DNA from: an uncultured Bacilli bacterium
GTDB taxonomy: Bacteria > Bacillota_I > Bacilli_A > RF39 > UBA660
Direction: 5' to 3'
DNA length: 64,000 nt
Assembly (NCBI GenBank): GCA_950097225.1
Contig: CATNCE010000002.1
Coordinates: forward strand, 76,105-140,104
Under the pieces are notes generated by a model. That model had not been told where the DNA came from. It did no database searches and was given only the letters and a program-made list of their open reading frames with translations. The position numbers and the translations under genes are program-made. Positions within the stretch are counted from its first letter, which is position 1; the number at the start of each line of letters is the position of its first letter. Positions 9,816-19,948 of the stretch are shown one piece after another.

Positions 9816-10531
9816 TTTGTCCTCCTTTGATTTTTCTTATGTTGATGTAATAGTTTTAAAATTAAAAGGCGATTAGTAATCATCTTTAATACACTATTTC
9901 GATTAAAATCTGACGAATTAGAGCCGTGACGGCGATACAAGAGTAATTGTTCAGGAATAAAGGTTACTTTTCCTTTTCTTAAAGCGATTAAGCCTATCCA
10001 CTGATCATGCATCATCATTTCTTTAGGGATAGGAACAATCAAACTCTTTAATTCGCTTCGAAAAGTCATACAGCATCCCATAAACGAGTTTTTAATGATA
10101 TTATTAAGAAAACCATTTTTAGAATTGCGAAAACGAAAAAATGATTCATTAGTTATATTCAAAGATTCATCAGTGATATTGCAATCATGAACAGTTAACA
10201 ATAACTTTGGGTCCTCATTAAAATACGAAACAACAGTTGCAACCTTATTTTCTTTCCATACATCGTCTTGATCAGCTAAAAATATTAAATCCCCAGTGGT
10301 ATGGTTAATAGCATTTTCAAAATTTTTTATTATGCCTTGTTTTGGCCCTGGTATTATTTTTATTCGCGGATCTTGAAGGGAGGCGATAATAGATAAAGTA
10401 TTATCGGTACTTCCATCATCACTTATTATAATTTCGTCATCATTTTTTATATTCTTGAGGACGCTTTCTAGTTGCTCAAAGATATATTTCTCGCCATTAT
10501 ATGTTGCAATCGCGACTGATATTTTATTCAT
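9812..10531 (-). CDS. Glycosyltransferase family 2
   Basis: ISVAIATYNGEKYIFEQLESVL...DDGSTDNT. The start is taken at the internal ATG (MNKISV...) so the gene does not overlap the upstream gene. The ORF-track start is 10558. Confidence 0.75.
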   Translation of the reverse strand: MNKISVAIATYNGEKYIFEQLESVLKNIKNDDEIIISDDGSTDNTLSIIASLQDPRIKIIPGPKQGIIKNFENAINHTTGDLIFLADQDDVWKENKVATVVSYFNEDPKLLLTVHDCNITDESLNITNESFFRFRNSKNGFLNNIIKNSFMGCCMTFRSELKSLIVPIPKEMMMHDQWIGLIALRKGKVTFIPEQLLLYRRHGSNSSDFNRNSVLKMITNRLLILKLLHQHKKNQRRTK

Positions 10532-11681
10532 TATTAAACACTTCCTCGTATTTAGCAACTATTATTTCCCATGTGTAGGCATTAGTTACTCTCTTAGTTG
10601 ACTTTTTATCATATGAAGCTATTTCGGTTGCTTTGAGATTATCGCATTCATCAATTAATTTGGCTAAATTATAATTTGACTTATTCCAGTAAAGAGCGCT
10701 TTCTTCACCTACTTCTTTATTAAAGCCAACATTTAATAGAAGATTTAATTTTGTACTAGCAAGCGCCTCTATTAAGGAAGGGTTGGTCCCCCCCACTTCA
10801 TGGCCATGTAAGTATCCGTAGGCATTTTCTCTTATTTTCTTTATTAATTCTTTATCGTAAACTGTTCCAACAAATTTGATACGCTTATCAGTTATAAAAT
10901 TAGTTTTATTTAATAGATATTTATAGAATGGATTTTGTTCGTGATTAGTTATGATGACTAAATCATGTTTTGACTTAGAGCGCATAAATTCTTTAATCAT
11001 CGTTTCATAATTGTTTTCTGGGACAAATCTTCCAACAATCAAATAATATTGATGCGGGGTTACTTGTTTTTCTTTATACCATTTTTGGACGATTGTACTA
11101 TTATCAGTTAACTTGCTTTTCGTTAAATCAGCTCCATAAGCTATAAATGTGGTTTGAGGTTTATATTTACTGTAGCTTTTTTTGATGTAATTCTCGATAT
11201 TAATAGAATCACAAATCAATAAATCAGCGTGTTTTACCATTAGTCTTTCGGATACTTTCCAATACTTGCGAACAGGTTTACTCCACTTAGAACGAAGCCA
11301 TTCATGCCCATCGGGATTAACATATAATTTAGCACCTAATCTTTTTAGTTGTTTTTTATAGTGGCCAATGAACGGCCCAATTCGGCAAGCTAATATATAT
11401 ACTATGGCATCTTTAATGTTATTGGCTTTGATATATTTAATGCATTGTTTCAATGCAAAAACATCATAGTATATAGCACGCGCTGGCCCTATGTTAGGAG
11501 TTTTTATACTAAAACATCTTGCATCATTATAAGTAAGTTCACACTCTTTTTGATTCATACAAGCAACATGGTATTTTATATTTGCACTCTTTTTATTTTT
11601 GGTAAGTTGATCGACAAAAGTTTCATAGCCGCCATAATTAGAAGGAATCCCTTTTGAGCCAATAATAAAAACGTTTTTCAT
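10524..11681 (-). CDS. GT1 glycosyltransferase with DUF1972-type N-terminus (RgpA/WchF-like rhamnosyltransferase)
   Basis: N-terminus MKNVFIIGSKGIPSNYGGYETFVDQL is characteristic of DUF1972/GT4 rhamnosyltransferases that extend a lipid-linked primer. Confidence 0.65.
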   Translation of the reverse strand: MKNVFIIGSKGIPSNYGGYETFVDQLTKNKKSANIKYHVACMNQKECELTYNDARCFSIKTPNIGPARAIYYDVFALKQCIKYIKANNIKDAIVYILACRIGPFIGHYKKQLKRLGAKLYVNPDGHEWLRSKWSKPVRKYWKVSERLMVKHADLLICDSINIENYIKKSYSKYKPQTTFIAYGADLTKSKLTDNSTIVQKWYKEKQVTPHQYYLIVGRFVPENNYETMIKEFMRSKSKHDLVIITNHEQNPFYKYLLNKTNFITDKRIKFVGTVYDKELIKKIRENAYGYLHGHEVGGTNPSLIEALASTKLNLLLNVGFNKEVGEESALYWNKSNYNLAKLIDECDNLKATEIASYDKKSTKRVTNAYTWEIIVAKYEEVFNNE

Positions 11682-11757
11682 AAAGAAACACTCCCTATAA
11701 AAAAGCTATATGCAGTGAATGCATATAGCTTATCTTTCATCTGCTACTTTAATTATA

Positions 11758-12411
11758 TCATAATCCTTTAAAGACAACAATAAATGTTTTAAAGAATATT
11801 TTGATATCAGTAGCTAAACTTACTTCTTTGGAATACTCAGCTTCCATCTTACATCTTGTTTTAAAAGTTGAACTGCTACGTCCATTGGTTTGCCAATACC
11901 CAGTTATACCAGGTTTAGTTTTTACTATTTGAGCATAATAAGGACGCATATCATCTATTTCTCTTGGTAAATACGGACGATTCCCTATTAAAGACATATC
12001 TCCTTTTAAGACATTGATAAGTTGTGGTAACTCATCAATTGATGTTTTACGTATTATTCTTCCCACTTTAGTAATACGTGGATCATGCTTGAATTTTTTA
12101 TTGATACGATACTCTAAAGCTAGGACATCATCTTTTTTAAGAATTTCTTTTAGGATTTCATCGGCATTAGTTACCATACTTCTAAATTTATATAATTTAA
12201 ATAATTTCCCGTTTAAGCCAATTCTCTCTTGAGTAAATATAGCTTTCCCTTTTGACTCAAGACGAATCGCGATAATCGTGATTAAAAACACTGGTGATAA
12301 AAGGATAATAGCTATTAAACTGGCAATAACATCAAAACATCTTTTAACTGCAAAATAAGTTTGCTCTTTTAAACAAGTTGTTGAACTTACTACTAAATCA
12401 GCACTATTCAT
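11758..12411 (-). CDS. Undecaprenyl-phosphate sugar-1-phosphate transferase (bacterial sugar transferase, WbaP/CpsE short form)
   Basis: KRCFDVIASLIAIILLSPVFLITIIAIRLESKGKAIFTQERIGLNGKLFKLYKFRSM...PGITGYWQ (PF02397 signature). Confidence 0.85.
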   Translation of the reverse strand: MNSADLVVSSTTCLKEQTYFAVKRCFDVIASLIAIILLSPVFLITIIAIRLESKGKAIFTQERIGLNGKLFKLYKFRSMVTNADEILKEILKKDDVLALEYRINKKFKHDPRITKVGRIIRKTSIDELPQLINVLKGDMSLIGNRPYLPREIDDMRPYYAQIVKTKPGITGYWQTNGRSSSTFKTRCKMEAEYSKEVSLATDIKIFFKTFIVVFKGL

Positions 12412-12632
12412 ATATTTCCCTCCACACTAGATTTCCCTTTTGATTGGTGCATATTATAATACAGTTGTAAACTTTTGTCAAATGATGTTGCACTAGCTAT
12501 AGCTCTATACAAACCGATTATATCATATTTACATCCATTATTTAAGATAATTTACATCATATGACACTTTAGTGTAAAAATAGATATATTTTTTAAAATA
12601 TGATATGATAGAAATCGATAAGGGAGGATTCT

Positions 12633-14327
12633 ATGAGTGCATTATTTAGTATTTTATCGGCTTTAGCATGTGCTAAATTGTTTGCTGCTAATATCATTGT
12701 TTTTTTTGTAGTTTTGTTAGCTGATATTTATCTTAAACGTTTTGTCTATTCTAAACGCGAATATAAAGTATGCTCTATATTTGCTACTATTCTAGCTATT
12801 ATCATTAGTAGTTATGCCAATATTCACTTTTATCAGTCTTCCTATTTATTTAATATGAGCAATTTTATAATAATTGTGGGTATAATTCCTTTTATTACGC
12901 ATATTCTTTTATTTTTAGAAAGCAAGTTTAATGCTATAAAAACTAAAGAATATGCACTAGAAACTAAAGTATTTAAAGATAGTAAACATAGCTTACTTAG
13001 ATATTTTTTATTGATACTAATAGCTTGGCTCCCAGTTATACTTTCATTTTTGCCAGGGATTTTTTCTTATGATGCTGCTGGGCAGTTAAATCAAATGGTG
13101 CGCGCAAACTTCTCGACTCATCATCCAATGGTCCATACATTATTTTTAGGTTATTCGGTTGGATTTGGCAAAATATTTTTTAACTCAGGCCGAGTGGGAT
13201 TATCTATTCATGTATTAATACAAGTAATTATATTTGCTTTATCACTAGCTTATATAATCGACTTTTTAAATAAGGAAAAAGCCCCTTTTATGTTAAAGTT
13301 TATCAGTTTACTTGCATTTATGTTTTTGCCAATCATGCCAATTATGGCAGTAACTATTACTAAGGATATTCTATTTGCATCTTTTTATATTATCAGCTTT
13401 ATAATTATTTGGTTATTTATTAAAAGTCCTAAATCATTTATGAAGCGAAAAATAAACACCCTTACTCTAGTGGCTTTTTTATCCTTATCTTTATTATTTA
13501 GAAATAACTCACTTTATGCTTTTATGTTATTCTTACCAATTGTATTAATTTATCTGCACAAATATTGGAAGTATATTTTAAAGACTGTATTTTACGTTAG
13601 TTTAGTTATTACAAGTGTCAATGTCTTATTCATGTTTAGATTTGATCCAGAAAGTGGTTCGATCAGGGAAGCTCTTAGTTTACCTATTCAGTTTTTTGGA
13701 CGAGCGACTTATCACAATGTATTAACAGAAAAAGAAAAGAATGAAACTCAATATTTCTTTTGGGGAGATTTAGATAATTATAAGGAACATATAAGCGACC
13801 CGATAAAAAATACGGCTTATAGTAAGCGCTTATCCCGTCGTAAAATTGGCTTTTTAAAACTTTTTTTAAGATTATCTTTTAAGTATCCTAATACTTTGGT
13901 TGATTCCTTTTTACTAACCAATGAAACGTATTTTAATCCTTTCGATAAAATACCTGATGATGATATTTATCGTGTCTTATGGGAAATTAGAGCTGTAGAT
14001 GACTTTAATAATTTTGATTTTAGTTTTAAGAATATTGATAATCCAATTGGTGACTTATACTATATGCTATTAGAAACGGGAGAATATAATCGCTTTCCGG
14101 TATTAAAGATTTTATTTAATATTTCACTCTATGTCTATATTTTACTATTTAGCATTATGATATTTATTATTAGAAAAGATTATAAAAAAGTAATTGGTGT
14201 TTTACCTTTATTAGCATTATTTATTACGGCTTTATTAGGTCCAGTGGCTATACTGCGCTATATCTTACCTATTGTTTTGGCGACACCTATTACAATTAAT
14301 ATGATGATACAAAAAAAGAAACTTTAA
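12633..14327 (+). CDS. Large polytopic membrane protein, possibly a GT-C-like glycosyltransferase or polymerase
   Basis: 564 aa with more than 12 predicted TM helices. It is the only plus-strand gene inside the polysaccharide locus. Preceded by a GGGAGG RBS. Confidence 0.35.
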   Translation: MSALFSILSALACAKLFAANIIVFFVVLLADIYLKRFVYSKREYKVCSIFATILAIIISSYANIHFYQSSYLFNMSNFIIIVGIIPFITHILLFLESKFNAIKTKEYALETKVFKDSKHSLLRYFLLILIAWLPVILSFLPGIFSYDAAGQLNQMVRANFSTHHPMVHTLFLGYSVGFGKIFFNSGRVGLSIHVLIQVIIFALSLAYIIDFLNKEKAPFMLKFISLLAFMFLPIMPIMAVTITKDILFASFYIISFIIIWLFIKSPKSFMKRKINTLTLVAFLSLSLLFRNNSLYAFMLFLPIVLIYLHKYWKYILKTVFYVSLVITSVNVLFMFRFDPESGSIREALSLPIQFFGRATYHNVLTEKEKNETQYFFWGDLDNYKEHISDPIKNTAYSKRLSRRKIGFLKLFLRLSFKYPNTLVDSFLLTNETYFNPFDKIPDDDIYRVLWEIRAVDDFNNFDFSFKNIDNPIGDLYYMLLETGEYNRFPVLKILFNISLYVYILLFSIMIFIIRKDYKKVIGVLPLLALFITALLGPVAILRYILPIVLATPITINMMIQKKKL

Positions 14328-14330
14328 AAA

Positions 14331-15380
14331 TTAAGTTTCTTTTTTCATGACAAAAAGATTTTCCAAGGAGGTAAATAAAGGACGATCTATCAAGTATTTT
14401 TTTATTTGATCAATTATTATGCAAACGGCAATTGTTGTGATGGTTGAAATTAACATATGTAATATTAGGTATACTGATTCTTGATATGCAGAGTTATTAA
14501 ATATATCATGCCATAAGATGCTGCGAATATAATTATTATCCGATATTAAGTAAACACCAAAAGTACTTGATGATATAATATTTATGAGATTACTTTCTAT
14601 TTTTATCTTAGTAAATGCAATAAAGATAAATGTAGAATGCATTAGCGCAACAATTGATGTGCGATCTAAAAGATAAATAGCATTATGATTAAGAAAATTA
14701 TTGTTAGCACCTAGGAGTTCAGATATTAAAACAGATAATACGATAATTGTACTCGTAAGTGTGAAAAATAACAGATTATATTTGCTAGTACATAAGTAGT
14801 TATCGGGGTATTTGCGTATATAAGCCCCAATTGCGTAGGCAGTTAGAAATTGGATTAATTCACTTGCATAATAACTATTAGTAGTTATGGTTGGCAGGAA
14901 GAAGAAAATGAGTGCTAATAGAAGTATAAATTTAAGATGTTCCCTCCTAGTTAAATTATTGATTAATTTATTGATGAAAGGATAGAATAAATATAAAATT
15001 ATATATGCGGTTGCAAACCAATATTCTTTAGATATTATGGGAAATATACTCTTTAATAAAGAATTATTCGAAAACGGAATAATATTTAAGGCAACGAGTA
15101 TTATGTAAATAGTACTTGAATAAAAAAATATTTGAAAAATAGTCTTGATGAGGCGATCTATTTTTAAATGATTAGAATAAATTAGGAAGTAGCCACTGAT
15201 CATGATAAACATTAGGGTTCCTAAGTTACCAAGAGTAGATACTTCCAAAATAAAACGATTAAAGCCAAATGGCATGGATGATTTGTCTATGCCACTATGG
15301 ACTGTATAGTGACTTAAGACGATAAAGATTATGGCAATAATTCGCAATAATTCAATGTTAGAGTTTCTCTTTTGCTCCAC
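14331..15380 (-). CDS. Acyltransferase family 3 (polysaccharide O-acetyltransferase)
   Basis: NIELLRIIAIIFIVLSHY N-terminus and 10 TM helices (PF01757-like). Confidence 0.7.
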   Translation of the reverse strand: MEQKRNSNIELLRIIAIIFIVLSHYTVHSGIDKSSMPFGFNRFILEVSTLGNLGTLMFIMISGYFLIYSNHLKIDRLIKTIFQIFFYSSTIYIILVALNIIPFSNNSLLKSIFPIISKEYWFATAYIILYLFYPFINKLINNLTRREHLKFILLLALIFFFLPTITTNSYYASELIQFLTAYAIGAYIRKYPDNYLCTSKYNLLFFTLTSTIIVLSVLISELLGANNNFLNHNAIYLLDRTSIVALMHSTFIFIAFTKIKIESNLINIISSSTFGVYLISDNNYIRSILWHDIFNNSAYQESVYLILHMLISTITTIAVCIIIDQIKKYLIDRPLFTSLENLFVMKKET

Positions 15381-15417
15381 TAAAGACCCCTCCTTATTGA
15401 ATTATCCAATTATGAGA

Positions 15418-16383
15418 TTAATTATCTTTTTGTTCTAATAGATTTTCAGATATCGCATATCTTGGACGTTGTTTGGTCTCACTATAAATTTTGCCAATAT
15501 ATTCGCCAATTATACCAATAGATATCATTTGTAGGCCTCCGATGAACCAAATTGAGATAATTATGAAGGTCCAACCATCAACTGTGTTGCCAATAATTTT
15601 TTGAATTAAGGAATATAACATGATGATTAAACTAATAAATAAGATAACGAAGCCAAGAGAACAAATCATTCGTAAAGGCTTAACAGAAAATGAAGATATT
15701 CCATCCCAAGCAAAGCTAAGCATCTTCTTCAAAGGATACTTAGATTCACCAGCAAATCTTGATGCACGTTCATAGTACACAATATCAGATTTATAACCTA
15801 TCAATGGAAATATTCCACGTAAGAATAAATTTACTTCATGATAGTTAGAAAATTCTTCTAAAACACGGCGACTAGTTAGACGATAATCAGCATGGTTAAA
15901 TACAATATCAACGCCCATAAGACTCATGAATTTATAAAAACCTTCAGCACTAGCCTTTTTAAAGAAAGTGTCATTTTCACGAGATGAACGCACACCATAG
16001 ACGATATCACATCCTTGTAGGTATTTTTCTAACATGGCATCGATAGCATTAATATCATCTTGTAAATCAGCATCCATACTAATTACGACATCAGCATAAT
16101 TTTTAGCAGTTAATAGTCCAGCTACCAAAGCATTTTGATGTCCCCTATTGCGTGATAAAGTAATGCCTGTGAATAATTCTTCTTTGGCATTTATGTCCTT
16201 AATAATATCCCAAGTTTTATCTTTAGATCCATCGTTAACATACATGACGCGACTACTTTTAGATATTATATTATCATTGATTAATTTATTTAGTTTTTCT
16301 TTTAATCTCTTTGTAGTTTCAGGTAATACTTCTTCTTCATTATAACATGGTATTACGATATATAACTTTATATTTTTTTTCAT
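15418..16383 (-). CDS. GtrB/CsbB-like GT2 (polyprenyl-phosphate sugar synthase)
   Basis: YIVIPCYNEEEVLPETTKRL...NDGSKDKT...SMDADLQDD, followed by two C-terminal TM helices as in GtrB/GacI. Confidence 0.75.
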   Translation of the reverse strand: MKKNIKLYIVIPCYNEEEVLPETTKRLKEKLNKLINDNIISKSSRVMYVNDGSKDKTWDIIKDINAKEELFTGITLSRNRGHQNALVAGLLTAKNYADVVISMDADLQDDINAIDAMLEKYLQGCDIVYGVRSSRENDTFFKKASAEGFYKFMSLMGVDIVFNHADYRLTSRRVLEEFSNYHEVNLFLRGIFPLIGYKSDIVYYERASRFAGESKYPLKKMLSFAWDGISSFSVKPLRMICSLGFVILFISLIIMLYSLIQKIIGNTVDGWTFIIISIWFIGGLQMISIGIIGEYIGKIYSETKQRPRYAISENLLEQKDN

Positions 16384-16402
16384 ATTTTATTACTCCTTTT
16401 AT

Positions 16403-18004
16403 TTAAACCCTATAAAATTTGATAATACTATTGTTGCGATACTTATAATTATAAATTATATTGTATTTTAACGTATCATTCTTTGAATAAAGTGTATTGC
16501 AAACTAAATATACAGGTTCTTGCCTACTAATGCGGTTTTTATATGTTTCCTCATCAATTAGTATTAAATGTTGTTGACTTTTAAAGTTAGCACTGCGCAG
16601 ATAATCAGAAATCACTCGAATATTAAAGCCTTCTCCATACAAATATATTTTGTGGCCTTTATCATATTCAAGATCACTTTCTAAGAATCCTTCTATTGCT
16701 TTTTTAGTTGTTACACCATAATAATCTAATTCATAGTTGCTACTTATATTATTGTTAAATAATGCATTAAAATAACAGGTATTTCCAACTCCATATTTTA
16801 TTAAAGATAAAACACTAGCACTGATTGATAAACCGGCAAGAACATAAATAGTTATCACTATTTTTTTGTTTTTACTTGAGCAAAAATAATAGATAATATA
16901 AGAGACTAAAATCATTACTCCGCCATATAGAAAGTAAAAATGACGCCAACCATTATACAAATTAGGACGAGAAATAATACAAATTAATAATGGTATTAAA
17001 TAAATTAAGGATATTGTATTGATATAATATAAATTGGTAGTATTTCTTCGTCTTATATTGTTTGCTATTACTCTAAATACGGAAAAGACAAACAAGACTA
17101 TTACTATTATTGGCAAAGTCATTAACATATATTTTGGTATATAATACCATGGTAAGGGATTATATAATTTGTTATATAAATTTCCTTCAAACAAAACATT
17201 AGTAGTTGCCCGAAAGTTTACCGAATTATCTAAACAATACTCAATATAATTAGGAATATTACCCCAAATAGCTGGAGTAGTAATAGCAAACATTACTAGT
17301 GATAAAACTGCCGTTAGAAGACCAATTAAGAAATTAGAACGCGTAAATTTTTTATCAATGAACATACGAATTATATACGACATGCCAATTATAAAAAGAA
17401 AATAAAAGCCAAGGATCTTTATATTACATTCGATCCCACTTACTAGAGCAAATGCTATACTGTTTTTTAAATCCCGCTCCTTTATAAATTTTACTCCCAA
17501 GTAAATCATAATGATTAAAATAGACATAAAAACAATATCTTTATTGTTGTGTAAAGAATCGATTAAAATTCTTGGAGATATAAAATATAGTAATGTGGAT
17601 ATAATAGCAACGTTCTCTTTTTTAAATAAGTACTTAATCAATTTATAGAAATATATTACACCTATAAAGTATATTATATAAGTGTAAAGATGCCACAGAA
17701 TAGATACATAATGTGGTGATATATATTTTATTAGTAATAATGGTGCAAATAAATAATATGGAGCTATTCCATGATCAATTTCAACACTTTCTTGAATTGG
17801 TGTTACTCCTTGTTTTTCAAAGTAAGCTGTCAATTCGTCGATGCCTAAGTATTGAGAATACTGCATTATATTGCCTTTTAAAATATCTTGTTCAGTAAAT
17901 TCATCAAAGTTAGCATTAATATCCATAAGAAAAAACAAACCAAAGATAAACATAGCTATAAAAGTTAATATAATAAATATCTTGTTATTTTTTAATCGCT
18001 TCAT
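16403..18004 (-). CDS. Polytopic membrane protein, putative GT-C-type extracytoplasmic glycosyltransferase (GtrC/YfhO-like partner of the GtrB-like enzyme)
   Basis: 533 aa with many TM helices, directly downstream of the GtrB-like gene. Confidence 0.35.
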   Translation of the reverse strand: MKRLKNNKIFIILTFIAMFIFGLFFLMDINANFDEFTEQDILKGNIMQYSQYLGIDELTAYFEKQGVTPIQESVEIDHGIAPYYLFAPLLLIKYISPHYVSILWHLYTYIIYFIGVIYFYKLIKYLFKKENVAIISTLLYFISPRILIDSLHNNKDIVFMSILIIMIYLGVKFIKERDLKNSIAFALVSGIECNIKILGFYFLFIIGMSYIIRMFIDKKFTRSNFLIGLLTAVLSLVMFAITTPAIWGNIPNYIEYCLDNSVNFRATTNVLFEGNLYNKLYNPLPWYYIPKYMLMTLPIIVIVLFVFSVFRVIANNIRRRNTTNLYYINTISLIYLIPLLICIISRPNLYNGWRHFYFLYGGVMILVSYIIYYFCSSKNKKIVITIYVLAGLSISASVLSLIKYGVGNTCYFNALFNNNISSNYELDYYGVTTKKAIEGFLESDLEYDKGHKIYLYGEGFNIRVISDYLRSANFKSQQHLILIDEETYKNRISRQEPVYLVCNTLYSKNDTLKYNIIYNYKYRNNSIIKFYRV

Positions 18005-18068
18005 TGATATCAGTCCTTATATACATGATATCAAAAAATGCACTATTTTACTAGTGCATTTCTTTTGG

Positions 18069-19934
18069 TTAGTCCTCTACTATTTCTAATTTTATAGAGT
18101 CACCTTTATTAATTATTTTATATAAATGTTTCTCTTGGATATTCTTTTTAGAGAACAAGAAAGAATAATTATCTATAAATGCCTCGTCGATAATTGCTAA
18201 ATAAACATAATCAAAGTCTTTCATATATTCATATATATTATCTTGAAAATATTTTTGAGAATTTTCTGTTTCTAGTGAATAATTAAAAGTATTTATAATA
18301 ATACCATCTGCGTAATATTTTATAAAATATTGATAATCACCAATAGAATTTTGAGCTATTACATATACTTTATCATTATCAGTAGTATCCTCTTTTATAA
18401 TATCGGCATGTTCTTGGTATGCTGTCATATTTTTAGTTTTATTGATTGGTGATAAGCGATCAAGAATGGCAGGACTTTGAATGACTAAAAGAACGACAAA
18501 AAGAATATAAAGATAGTTGTATTTCTTTTTAGAACGTATTATCCAAACAAAGAGCATTAATAAAAGCGAGTAAACAATAAGTATATATGTCGGCATATAA
18601 CGATTAAACGATGCTAATATTGGCCCTTCTCCCGGTCCAAATGAATAGATATATAATATTAGCATAGTAAATGCATAACCAATAAATCCTATTGTTATTG
18701 TTAATACGATAAGTTTAAAAGTCTTATTATTAATTGTATTTTTGGAAAATAGATATAATAAGTATAATAATAATACTCCAAGAGCAAATAGCTGATAATA
18801 GTTAAGACTTATATAGGAAGTAGTATTTGGTATTGTACTTATCCCTGAAATATAATTCTTAAGAGTTGTACGTTGCCAATCTTCTCCTGAAGATCCATTA
18901 ACGATGCCAATGAAGTCACTTAAATTTATATCACTTAATTTAAATTGACGAGTAACGCCGATATCAGTTACGTAAATATCCCAGCTCTTCCATAGAGAAA
19001 GCGGAACTACAACTATTAAAATAGCTATTAATATACATTTTTGATAATCGATGTTCTTCTTTTTTATTGGCCACTTTATAATACTTAATAAATATAGGAA
19101 TATACACATTAAATATAAAGGCAAGCCCATTTGTTTAGTAAGTAATAAAAACGAAAGAGATGAACATAAGAAAATAATGTAATCAGTCTTGGTTTTATCT
19201 TTTTCATTTATGATGGTGTATAATATATAGCCAACTAAGATTGCCATTGCATAATCAGTGTAAATTGTATTTATAATAGTATGACAATCAAATAGTAATA
19301 TTAATAAAATAGCTGAGATACCAAGAACAAAAGATTCTATGTATGTTTGTACTATTTTTCTTTTTTTATTTATGCTTTCACATATAGCAGGAATAAATAA
19401 AGATATTTCAAACAAATGAACTGATTTAATTAATAATTCTTCGGAATATCCATTACATAATTTTAGAAAGAAGAATTCGTAAAGCTGAAAAGCTGGAGGA
19501 TAATCTTTATGTACTAACAAAGTTGATGAAGATGTCGAATATAGAGAATCAAGACGAAACATCTCTTTAATCATGACTCCCCAATGGGAAAATTCATCCC
19601 AACCAGAAAATGTTCTTCCATAATCATAAGCAAACACAATTAAGGAAATAACTACAAACGCAATAAGACCTTTAGTAAAATAATTCTCTTTAAACTCTTT
19701 AATGCGTTTTTTATCCTTGCGGGAAATTACTGCTAAAATGAATATAAAAAGAGCAAAGGCAATATTAATAATAAAGCCAATTGCAAATGTTTTAAAAATA
19801 AGTGTGCTAAATAGTAACGGAAATATACAAGTAATAAGAGTCATTGATAATGAGAAACCAAATTTCTTTTTAGTAAGAAATGTCATGGTTGCACTAGCTA
19901 ATAAAAAGTAAGCTATAGCTATAAAATAATTCAT
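18069..19934 (-). CDS. Polytopic membrane protein (putative GT-C-like or polysaccharide-modifying)
   Basis: 621 aa. N-terminal half is polytopic and C-terminal half is a soluble domain. Confidence 0.3.
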   Translation of the reverse strand: MNYFIAIAYFLLASATMTFLTKKKFGFSLSMTLITCIFPLLFSTLIFKTFAIGFIINIAFALFIFILAVISRKDKKRIKEFKENYFTKGLIAFVVISLIVFAYDYGRTFSGWDEFSHWGVMIKEMFRLDSLYSTSSSTLLVHKDYPPAFQLYEFFFLKLCNGYSEELLIKSVHLFEISLFIPAICESINKKRKIVQTYIESFVLGISAILLILLFDCHTIINTIYTDYAMAILVGYILYTIINEKDKTKTDYIIFLCSSLSFLLLTKQMGLPLYLMCIFLYLLSIIKWPIKKKNIDYQKCILIAILIVVVPLSLWKSWDIYVTDIGVTRQFKLSDINLSDFIGIVNGSSGEDWQRTTLKNYISGISTIPNTTSYISLNYYQLFALGVLLLYLLYLFSKNTINNKTFKLIVLTITIGFIGYAFTMLILYIYSFGPGEGPILASFNRYMPTYILIVYSLLLMLFVWIIRSKKKYNYLYILFVVLLVIQSPAILDRLSPINKTKNMTAYQEHADIIKEDTTDNDKVYVIAQNSIGDYQYFIKYYADGIIINTFNYSLETENSQKYFQDNIYEYMKDFDYVYLAIIDEAFIDNYSFLFSKKNIQEKHLYKIINKGDSIKLEIVED

Positions 19935-19948
19935 TATTTTCCTCTTTT

